A stretch of DNA of 32,000 bases from Prevotella phage Lak-A1, in sequence record MK250016.1, one strand, 5' to 3'. The notes under the pieces are model-generated. The model did no database searches and was not told the origin of the DNA. It worked only from the letters and a program-made list of their open reading frames with translations. Both the position numbers and the translations under genes were made by a program. Below are positions 1-7,877 of this stretch, piece after piece. Positions within the stretch are counted from its first letter, which is position 1, and every line of letters begins with the position of its first letter.

Positions 1-133
1 TATTACCATATGTTTCTGGATATTTTGGATATGATGCAGTTTTCTTAGCAAATGCAATATTCAATTCAAGAATATGAAGTTTTAATTCAATATTTAAATT
101 ATCTATTGAATCTGTTTTAATAATATTATTCAT
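1..133 (-). CDS. N-terminal part of a hypothetical protein (partial, runs off window)
   Basis: Minus-strand ATG at 131-133 followed by 44 open codons: MNNIIKTDSIDNLNIELKLHILELNIAFAKKTASYPKYPETYGN... Confidence 0.5.
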   Translation of the reverse strand, partial: MNNIIKTDSIDNLNIELKLHILELNIAFAKKTASYPKYPETYGN

Positions 134-288
134 TTTATTATTAATTAAAATAATTATAGAAAAATCGAGAAAAATGATATAAAAATACTCAAATTTTCTC
201 AATTTTTCTTATGTTTTTGATAGTATTTTTCAAACAAGTAGAAGTATACTGTGATACTTTAAAATATTCGTTTTAAGTATCTAAAACG

Positions 289-933
289 TTACTTTGTAGA
301 ACTGTTAAATTCTGCTCTAACTTTCTCAATTGCATCACACATATTCACCTTCTTACCAGTAGTACGATCTACCTTTGTACAATCGTCATTATTAGTGCCA
401 TAAATATATACATATGTATCATATGCCTCAGGAAATTCATCTTTTAACTTATTCAATGTTGTAATGTTATTCAATACACAAAGAACTTCTTTGGACCATT
501 TATTGATTTTATATGCATCCAATATAATTTCACGACATTCTGCATACAACTTAGGATAATGAATCTCTAAATATGTTGCAAGTGGATGATTATCTGATGA
601 ATAACCATTATGAACATTGAAATTATTATAAAAGTTATTCAGAAGTTTTGACAATTTAAATGCAGGTGCAGAATAATATCTGAAATTACTATCCAATTCG
701 TTACTTCTAAAAAAGTTATAACCATACATGTTATATTCTCTTGCATTCACATATTGAGGATACTTATCATAAAGATCTTTTACTTCTGTTGGAACTTCAT
801 TCCAAAGTGCATCTTCAATCTCCTTTGAAATCTTTTCAACTCGATCATCAATTTCCTTACGACGTCTCATAGTCTCCATTCTACGTGAAATAGTCTGACG
901 CTCATCTTTTGTTAATTTCTTATATGCTACCAT
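289..933 (-). CDS. hypothetical protein, 214 aa
   Basis: Intact ORF with TAA stop, charged N-terminus; no family recognised. Confidence 0.8.
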   Translation of the reverse strand: MVAYKKLTKDERQTISRRMETMRRRKEIDDRVEKISKEIEDALWNEVPTEVKDLYDKYPQYVNAREYNMYGYNFFRSNELDSNFRYYSAPAFKLSKLLNNFYNNFNVHNGYSSDNHPLATYLEIHYPKLYAECREIILDAYKINKWSKEVLCVLNNITTLNKLKDEFPEAYDTYVYIYGTNNDDCTKVDRTTGKKVNMCDAIEKVRAEFNSSTK

Positions 934-958
934 TTTATCTAATTTTTAAAAATATTTG

Positions 959-1561
959 TTAAACCTTTGTTCTTTTCTTATTATATGGATCATTCCAAAT
1001 TCCTTTAATAATAAGTTTATCAATATCAATATTAAACTTATTTGCAATATCTTCAAGTGAAATCATGTTAGCTGAATCCGATTCTTTATCTGCTTTAATC
1101 TTCTTTCTAAGAATCTTTTCGGTTTCTTTACGATAATACTCTGCATCGCCAGGGCTATCAAATAACTTAATATCAAAATTAGTTAAATCTGTAACTTCAT
1201 TTATATTCAAAAATTGAAGTTCACTATATATTGATAAACCAGATGTATATCTTATATGAGACCATGCAATATCGAACATTTCTTTTGCAGTTTCAACATA
1301 ATGATACTTATCATTAAAAGATGTATTAATACTAAACAATACATAACAACCTTCATTTGAATTATTATAAATCATCAAAGGAAATACATAATTCATTTGA
1401 ACTTTCTTATCATGTTCACATATACCACATCCCCATATAATTTTTGAATAAGGAAAAATATCATTATTATTTGGCGAACCAATTGCATAATGACGATATG
1501 TAAAATCATCATTAATAAGATACTTATCTAAGTCTTTAATATCTTTAATATTATTAAACAT
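959..1561 (-). CDS. hypothetical protein, 200 aa; paralog of the next gene
   Basis: Intact ORF, TAA stop. C-terminal 'DAEYYRKETEKILRKKIKA...ISLEDIANKFNIDIDKLII' parallels 'IAETYRKSFEEYTRNAIKKAKEG.FTIKEIADALGVETSNFKII' in 1632..2267. Confidence 0.8.
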   Translation of the reverse strand: MFNNIKDIKDLDKYLINDDFTYRHYAIGSPNNNDIFPYSKIIWGCGICEHDKKVQMNYVFPLMIYNNSNEGCYVLFSINTSFNDKYHYVETAKEMFDIAWSHIRYTSGLSIYSELQFLNINEVTDLTNFDIKLFDSPGDAEYYRKETEKILRKKIKADKESDSANMISLEDIANKFNIDIDKLIIKGIWNDPYNKKRTKV

Positions 1562-1631
1562 ATAATTCTTCTTTTATATTAAAACTTTTTTAACTCTTAT
1601 TAGTATAATAATTACTAATGTGTCTTGTTAT

Positions 1632-2267
1632 TTAAATATGGTCAGCAGAATCAAATAATACATTCATATTTTCAATTGAATCAATTATCTTGAAATTAGA
1701 CGTTTCAACTCCTAATGCATCTGCGATCTCTTTAATTGTAAAATAACCTTCTTTTGCTTTTTTAATAGCATTACGTGTATATTCTTCAAATGACTTGCGG
1801 TATGTTTCAGCAATATCAAATGAGTTAAAAATTTTAGCTGGATAATTTTTTGTAAAAAATACGTCGGAAAAATCACATGAATATACACGAGGTGTAAAGA
1901 ATGTACGAATTGTCTTCTTATTCTTACTAAGAATAGAAGGATATATACATTCCAAAACGTGTTTTGGAATTGCATGCATATGATAGTATGGAGTATTAAT
2001 ACAATTATAATACTTAACAATAAGTATAGGTACAATATAATTATTAACAATACGATTATTTCTCTTTAAAACAATTGTATACCAGCAAATATTATAATCT
2101 TCTCCTAATTTAAGAGTAGATACATCAATACTATTATTAATAATTTTTTCTGCAATATCTTTATCAGTAAGATACTTATTTAATTCTTCGAAAGAATTAA
2201 TAGCAGATGCAGATGCATTAATTAATGTATTATGTGACTCTGATAAGTAATTTTTATTTGATTTCAT
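1632..2267 (-). CDS. hypothetical protein, 211 aa; tandem paralog of 959..1561
   Basis: Intact ORF, TAA stop; promoter-like TATCTTTG motif just upstream. Confidence 0.8.
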   Translation of the reverse strand: MKSNKNYLSESHNTLINASASAINSFEELNKYLTDKDIAEKIINNSIDVSTLKLGEDYNICWYTIVLKRNNRIVNNYIVPILIVKYYNCINTPYYHMHAIPKHVLECIYPSILSKNKKTIRTFFTPRVYSCDFSDVFFTKNYPAKIFNSFDIAETYRKSFEEYTRNAIKKAKEGYFTIKEIADALGVETSNFKIIDSIENMNVLFDSADHI

Positions 2268-2305
2268 ATTCTTTATATTTTTTAATTGTTTATTATTTTA
2301 TAATA

Positions 2306-2313
2306 CAAAGATA
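2306..2313 (-). promoter_or_regulatory. Bacteroidetes-type -7 element (TAnnTTTG) upstream of the 2267 gene
   Basis: Minus strand reads TTTTTTTATTTGGAATAAAATATGTATCTTTGTATTA. A near-identical block occurs at 31705-31712. Confidence 0.5.
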
Positions 2314-2381
2314 CATATTTTATTCCAAATAAAAAAATGTCTACAAGAATATATTTCAATTCTCATAGACATATAATTATA

Positions 2382-3551
2382 TTAATATATTACTAATCTT
2401 ACTGTGTTCATTACTTTTCCACCTGGTGTTTTGAATGTAATAATAGCATAATTATATTCATAACCATCCCATTCACATTCACGGTCTTCACCATATCCAT
2501 TATAACGGTCACCATCTTCCAACTTATATTTAAATTCAATAGTTGCTTTCCAATTTGGCTTCTTTATAGATTGTAATGTTGTTTTATAATCCTTACATTT
2601 TTTTGAATCATGTGCAAGTAATCGTAATCCATATCTTTCAAAAATTTGACCACGTTTTCCTGCAACACTTTCTGCTGATACTGTTGTTATTTCTAATGGT
2701 TTACATTTCAATACATTAACAATATACTTATTTAATGATTCAAATTCTTTACATGGTTTTGAAATAAAATGAATAATATCGATATATGTACTACGTTCGC
2801 TTCTTAACCACCCACTAGGACTATGTATCTCTGTTTTTTGTATATAACCAGGAACATCCACCTTATAAAGATCATATCTATAAATATCTTCCTCTAATTG
2901 ATCAACATCACCGTTAGGATAAAATTTAGATAATACTTTTTCATTCTTAAAATAAAAATCAACAATATTAATTTCAATTACTGGTGATTTTTTTGATTTC
3001 TGTTCAGTAATATCTTTCTTTATAAGTTTTTTTAATATACCAACTTTATCATTTGATGATATACGAGGTTTTGATGTAGTTCTTGTATTTGTATTTGATG
3101 AACTATATGTATTCATACTTTTATCAGTAATACCAAAATCTTTTAATGTAATAGTACCTCCAATTTTAGTATTAACCCAATTAATAACGTTATTTGCATC
3201 TGCTGTATTACGTCTAAATAAATTAGTAAATGCTTCAATAGTTGCATTATCACGCTTAGGCATTTTTGCTTCAGCTTCACCAACAAAAGTCCAGATTAAT
3301 TTAGGATTACCAAATGAAGCAAGTTTACATTTTCTACCTTGTTTAATAATACGTAGAACATATGATTGTTTTTGTGTTTCATCAACTAAATACAAATAAT
3401 ATACTGGATAACCAGTAGTACCATTAGCAATAAGTTTTATAATACTACCTCTGTAAGGTATATCATCAAAACTTGCAATATTTTCAAAATTAAACTTAAC
3501 AACTTTTTGTTCAGTTGTTGAAAGTGCTTCGAATAATCTATTAAATTTCAT
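2382..3551 (-). CDS. hypothetical protein, 389 aa, with N-terminal gp21-like cleavage/targeting motif (MKFNRLFE|ALS)
   Basis: Intact ORF, TAA stop. Confidence 0.8.
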   Translation of the reverse strand: MKFNRLFEALSTTEQKVVKFNFENIASFDDIPYRGSIIKLIANGTTGYPVYYLYLVDETQKQSYVLRIIKQGRKCKLASFGNPKLIWTFVGEAEAKMPKRDNATIEAFTNLFRRNTADANNVINWVNTKIGGTITLKDFGITDKSMNTYSSSNTNTRTTSKPRISSNDKVGILKKLIKKDITEQKSKKSPVIEINIVDFYFKNEKVLSKFYPNGDVDQLEEDIYRYDLYKVDVPGYIQKTEIHSPSGWLRSERSTYIDIIHFISKPCKEFESLNKYIVNVLKCKPLEITTVSAESVAGKRGQIFERYGLRLLAHDSKKCKDYKTTLQSIKKPNWKATIEFKYKLEDGDRYNGYGEDRECEWDGYEYNYAIITFKTPGGKVMNTVRLVIY

Positions 3552-3580
3552 TATTAAAAATATTTTAATGTTTAATATAT

Positions 3581-4279
3581 TTATTTTCTACGAATTGCTC
3601 TAATTGGTAATGATGATAACATATCATATATAGTTATACCAATATTATTTGCATTTAATATTTTATATCCATAATTAAAATCATATCCGTCATACTCAGT
3701 AGAACTCCAGAAACATGCATCTGTTTTATCCTGTACTTTTTTTCCTTTAACAAAACCTGTTGAAGGAATAATTATGAATTTATTAGGATTTTTTAATGAT
3801 GAAACTTTAAATGCAATACCATTTCTTCCTACTCGTATTTGTGATACATCTGTATTATTAATTAATTCTTCAATATCTTTTTTAGAAGGTATATCCCAAC
3901 TGGTTCCTAATATAAATTCAGGAACTGAATTATATTTTATTGTTTTATTTTTTAAACGACTATATAATAACTCTACATAAGAATCCCAGTTAATACCAGC
4001 TGCACTATCTAGTGAAATTTTATCTAATGTAAATCCTTTTCGTCTAAAATAACCTCCTGTTTTTGTTGGTCTAGTTGCTCCGATATTTCTATCACACCAT
4101 AAGTTTCCTGATGGTAAATCTAAATCAACAGCTTCATATTCAATTTTATCTTTTCCTATAGTTACACCTGTTACTTTTTCGGCAAATACCGTATCTATGG
4201 AATCTTTATCTGATGCTAAAATATTATCAGTTTCTTCATCAAATAAAGATTCCATAAGTATTTTTATATTTTTATTCAT
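3581..4279 (-). CDS. FISUMP/DUF1566-like (Fibrobacter succinogenes major domain) protein, 232 aa
   Basis: 'YEAVDLDLPSGNLWCDRNIGATRP', 'WDIPSKKDIEELI', 'IIIPSTGFVKG', 'DACFWSSTEYDG' and terminal 'SLPIRAIRRK' follow the Bacteroidetes consensus VDLGLPSG.LWA..NVGA / W.lPt..e..eL / lPaaGy / yWSS / vRpV. Confidence 0.7.
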   Translation of the reverse strand: MNKNIKILMESLFDEETDNILASDKDSIDTVFAEKVTGVTIGKDKIEYEAVDLDLPSGNLWCDRNIGATRPTKTGGYFRRKGFTLDKISLDSAAGINWDSYVELLYSRLKNKTIKYNSVPEFILGTSWDIPSKKDIEELINNTDVSQIRVGRNGIAFKVSSLKNPNKFIIIPSTGFVKGKKVQDKTDACFWSSTEYDGYDFNYGYKILNANNIGITIYDMLSSLPIRAIRRK

Positions 4280-4309
4280 TAATATTATATTAATATTTAA
4301 AATATTTAT

Positions 4310-5452
4310 TTAATAACGTCCATATATACCACTTGGTTTATCTAATGTAAACTCATTTGTTATAACCCAATATGAAATGCCGACATTATAACATAGTATA
4401 ATAATAAGAATTGCGATATACCAACCAATACTTAATTCTATACTTAGATAATTAAAATCATTAAATTCTTTTCTATGCCAATTTTTATCAATTTGTGTAT
4501 CTAACCATTCAGCATAATCTTTGAAATTAATATCAGGATGTTTTATAAAATAATCTCTTGTTTTAACTTCAAGCATAGGTTCATCACTCCACGAGAATGG
4601 ATTACACCAAATAACTGTATTATTTTTCACACCGAGACATACGACAAATTCATTTTTATTTCCACCTTGCCAATATGCTTTTTGCATTTCCGCAACTTCT
4701 AATGATGGATTATTAAAGCATAGAATAAAAACATGTATTTGATTTTTTGGACCTCTATAACCATTTAAATATCGTACTGCATCAATATCAGTATCAGTCG
4801 CAGTGAAACCAAGAATAGGATTTTGATCATTATTTTTAATTTCTGGATAATCAAATAACTTATTTTCCTTAATTTCTTCTTCACTCATATTTCCGTATTT
4901 GAATATAGAATATGATGAAGCTTTAACTTTATTTTGATATAAATGTGTCCACGTTACAGGATAAGAGTTTTCTCTTGTTCTATTCCATGATGTAACATAT
5001 GCATCGCCATCTTTTGATCTATATGATCTATGCATATCTTTAAAAACAGCAGGCATATTTAATTTATAACAAATTAATTTATATTCATCTTCAGATACAT
5101 CATTTGTTTCACCTGTTACTGTTTCATATACATATCGTTTAGGATGATAACGCCGTTCCGGAACTACATATGTTTCTGTACGAGTTTTACCTTTACCACA
5201 TGAAACCGTTCTTGTATGTGTTATCATAACAGTTTCATCCCAATCTTCATAATATGTTATTTTACTTACCAAATCACTTAAATATTCTTTATCTAATGAT
5301 GATATATAAACAAATGAATATTTAAGAGCAAAAAATAACAATATTGATGGAACAAGTACAACTACATATTCCCACCATGCTGTTTTTTCTCTAAATTTAA
5401 ATGCAAGTATTCCCACTGTAACAATAGGAATTAAAAAGATTAATATTTCCAT
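4310..5452 (-). CDS. membrane protein, 380 aa
   Basis: Two N-terminal hydrophobic segments (MEILIFLIPIVTVGILAF; YVVVLVPSILLFFALKYSFVYI), one C-terminal (YIAILIIILCYNVGISYWV), and a soluble middle domain; TAA stop. Confidence 0.75.
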   Translation of the reverse strand: MEILIFLIPIVTVGILAFKFREKTAWWEYVVVLVPSILLFFALKYSFVYISSLDKEYLSDLVSKITYYEDWDETVMITHTRTVSCGKGKTRTETYVVPERRYHPKRYVYETVTGETNDVSEDEYKLICYKLNMPAVFKDMHRSYRSKDGDAYVTSWNRTRENSYPVTWTHLYQNKVKASSYSIFKYGNMSEEEIKENKLFDYPEIKNNDQNPILGFTATDTDIDAVRYLNGYRGPKNQIHVFILCFNNPSLEVAEMQKAYWQGGNKNEFVVCLGVKNNTVIWCNPFSWSDEPMLEVKTRDYFIKHPDINFKDYAEWLDTQIDKNWHRKEFNDFNYLSIELSIGWYIAILIIILCYNVGISYWVITNEFTLDKPSGIYGRY

Positions 5453-5492
5453 ATTTAATTAATACTATTTACTGATATTCATATTTATAATA

Positions 5493-5500
5493 CAAAGATA
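5493..5500 (-). promoter_or_regulatory. TATCTTTG promoter-like element upstream of the 5452 gene
   Basis: Minus strand AATAATAAAAATGTATCTTTGTATTATAA. Confidence 0.45.
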
Positions 5501-5521
5501 CATTTTTATTATTAAATAAAA

Positions 5522-5555
5522 AAATCTTGAAGATTTTACATTATCTTCAAGATTT
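5522..5555 (-). terminator. hairpin overlapping the 3' end of the 5547..6002 gene
   Basis: Perfect 13-bp stem AAATCTTGAAGAT / ATCTTCAAGATTT, loop TTTACATT, then a T-rich run on the minus strand. Confidence 0.6.
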
Positions 5556-6002
5556 CTCATATTTCTTTTTTAATTGTTCATATAATTTACGTTCATTATC
5601 TTCATTTTCTTTTTTATTCTTTTCCTCGATATATGTTTTGAATCTATTATAACGTTTATCACGCTCTTTATAATAGTCATCTCCATTTTTCAGAAAGTCT
5701 TCAAGTTGTTTTGCTGTTAAACCTCGCGTTGAATAATCATCATGCTCACCTCTTCCATAATAATCATTCCACTCAATATAATATAACCCATTAAATTTAG
5801 ATATTTCAATATATGTTATATTACAAGATTCTACATCTACATCATCATTACAGAATGAATGAAGAAACTGCTTATATGATTTTTTACTTGTAAATTCTTT
5901 TATAAACTTCTGTTTATATTCTTTGTATTTCTGTAATGAATTATTGTATTCTTTTTCTATTTCATTAAATTTCTCAAATGAAAAATTAGTATTATTATCC
6001 AT
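5547..6002 (-). CDS. hypothetical protein, 151 aa; paralog of 6090..6536
   Basis: Shares 'KSYKxFL', 'ITYIEI/ISFIQL', 'FYIQWDD/YYIEWND', 'FFKNGDEYYEK' and C-terminal 'ERxLYExLKKKYEKS' with its neighbour. Confidence 0.8.
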   Translation of the reverse strand: MDNNTNFSFEKFNEIEKEYNNSLQKYKEYKQKFIKEFTSKKSYKQFLHSFCNDDVDVESCNITYIEISKFNGLYYIEWNDYYGRGEHDDYSTRGLTAKQLEDFLKNGDDYYKERDKRYNRFKTYIEEKNKKENEDNERKLYEQLKKKYEKS

Positions 6003-6089
6003 ATTTTAATAAATTTTAGTAAAATTATTATAAAAATCTTATGCATATCTTACAAAATATTGAAAACATTTAAAGACGTTGTATTATCT

Positions 6090-6536
6090 TCAAGATTTCT
6101 CATATTTCTTTTTCAAACGTTCATATAATTCCCTTTCTTCTTTATCTTGATCTATATATTCATTATTTTTTGCATTTTGAATACGTTCATAACGTTCTTT
6201 AACTTTCTCATAATATTCATCTCCATTTTTGAAAAAGTCATCAATCTGCTTTATTGTTAAAGGTTTAGTCATAAATGATTCAGTTTCACCAAGAAAAGAA
6301 TCATCCCATTGAATATAAAATATATCACCGTATCTTAATAACTGAATAAATGAAATATTTTGATTAAATACGTCTATATCTTTATCATCTCTATGTTTAT
6401 TCAAGAAATATTTATATGATTTCATATTCTCAAATGCAACACTAAAAGATTTTATATGTTCATTATATTTACGTAAGATGTCTGCAAATTTATCATCATC
6501 TTCTACATACTGTTTAAATGAAAAAGTATTATCCAT
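6090..6536 (-). CDS. hypothetical protein, 148 aa; tandem paralog
   Basis: As above; TGA stop. Confidence 0.8.
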   Translation of the reverse strand: MDNTFSFKQYVEDDDKFADILRKYNEHIKSFSVAFENMKSYKYFLNKHRDDKDIDVFNQNISFIQLLRYGDIFYIQWDDSFLGETESFMTKPLTIKQIDDFFKNGDEYYEKVKERYERIQNAKNNEYIDQDKEERELYERLKKKYEKS

Positions 6537-6538
6537 AA

Positions 6539-7072
6539 TTAATAAATTTTTGTAAAATTATCATAAAAATCTTCTGCATGTCTTACAAAATATGGTCCAT
6601 CTGGACAATCATCATATAATGCTTTATAAAGAATAAGATTATTATTTTTTCGCCAATAATAATTATTTCTTTCTATATATTCACCATCAATACAATCAGG
6701 TTCAATATCAAGATCTTTAAATAAAATATTTTCTTGAATAACTTCATATTCTCGATGATCAAAATCTTTTGCATTATTGTATATATAATGTCCTATACCT
6801 GTTTTTGATTCACATATATGTTTAGTAGTATACCAAAAATCATTAAAATCATAATGTTCATCTGGAACTTTATCTTTATTCATATATTGTTTTTCAACAT
6901 GCAATTTTGTTACTGTACATTTTGCATAACTTCCAAACCAACATATTTCAAATATTGTTTCATTATAGAATTCATATATGTTTAATATTCTTTTTGGTTC
7001 AACTAGTAAAGGAAATTCTTTACATTTATGAAATATATAATCTCCAATTTTTAATTCATTGAATGTTTTCAT
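6539..7072 (-). CDS. hypothetical protein, 177 aa
   Basis: Intact ORF, TAA stop. Confidence 0.8.
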   Translation of the reverse strand: MKTFNELKIGDYIFHKCKEFPLLVEPKRILNIYEFYNETIFEICWFGSYAKCTVTKLHVEKQYMNKDKVPDEHYDFNDFWYTTKHICESKTGIGHYIYNNAKDFDHREYEVIQENILFKDLDIEPDCIDGEYIERNNYYWRKNNNLILYKALYDDCPDGPYFVRHAEDFYDNFTKIY

Positions 7073-7076
7073 ATTA

Positions 7077-7757
7077 TTAACTTATAATAGATAAAATATT
7101 TTCTATTTGATTAAATAAACTTTCTTGGTGTTCATCAATTAATTTTAATGAATATGATAATTTCATATCTTTCCATGAATCCATAAGAAATTTAATATGG
7201 TTTCCTAAAAATAATTTCCAATCATTAATACGTAATTCATCTTTTAAACCTATTGCACATTGTGTAAAATAATCGGATGAAAATGAAACGAGTATATCAC
7301 ATTCTCTTAATATACGTTGATATAAATTAAGTTTATCATCTTCTATAATATATGGATAACATGTTGCTATGATATTATCATGAACAATTTCTTTAATTCG
7401 TTCAACTGTATCTATATCATTAGGGAATTCTCTTGTAAAATAATCTTCCATAATTTTACATGCATTACTTACATTTATATCATCTGTAAATCTTCCTGCA
7501 CTATGATTAAAATCATGAAATATTGCAGATACAAGCAAAATATATAAACCTTCTGAATCTAATTTAAATTCATAATCATCTTTTTGACTTTCTTCATATA
7601 TACAACATATATGATACATCATTGATAATGTATGATTAGCATTATGATATGGATTAGAAAGTGTTATACAGTTATTAACATAGAAAGAAAATATTTTCTT
7701 TAAATTATCATTACCATTAATAAAATTAAATACTTTATTATAATCTATATTAATCAT
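7077..7757 (-). CDS. HD-domain phosphohydrolase / cyclic-nucleotide phosphodiesterase-like protein, 226 aa
   Basis: Metal-binding motifs 'NPYHNANHTLSMMYHI' and 'LLVSAIFHDFNHSAG...NVSNA' resemble class I PDE 'YHN..Ha..V' and 'HD.dH.G..N'; later Asp in 'LRECDILVSF'. Confidence 0.6.
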   Translation of the reverse strand: MINIDYNKVFNFINGNDNLKKIFSFYVNNCITLSNPYHNANHTLSMMYHICCIYEESQKDDYEFKLDSEGLYILLVSAIFHDFNHSAGRFTDDINVSNACKIMEDYFTREFPNDIDTVERIKEIVHDNIIATCYPYIIEDDKLNLYQRILRECDILVSFSSDYFTQCAIGLKDELRINDWKLFLGNHIKFLMDSWKDMKLSYSLKLIDEHQESLFNQIENILSIIS

Positions 7758-7806
7758 TTTTAAATTTATTTTTTAACTTATATTTTCTTATATATGTATG
7801 AATATA

Positions 7807-7844
7807 AAAAGTCCTGATTAACGTTTGAATTAATCAGGGCTTTT
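7807..7844. terminator. Rho-independent-type hairpin 3' of the prohead protease gene
   Basis: AAAAGTCCTGATTAA / TTAATCAGGGCTTTT, 15-bp stem with one G-T pair and an 8-nt loop. Confidence 0.75.
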
Positions 7845-7877
7845 ATATATATTTAACATAATTTTATTTAATATTAA

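Noticed and set aside
1712-2050. 112-aa minus ORF overlapping 1632..2267
   Set aside because: Out-of-frame shadow ORF; the longer frame is supported by its paralog.
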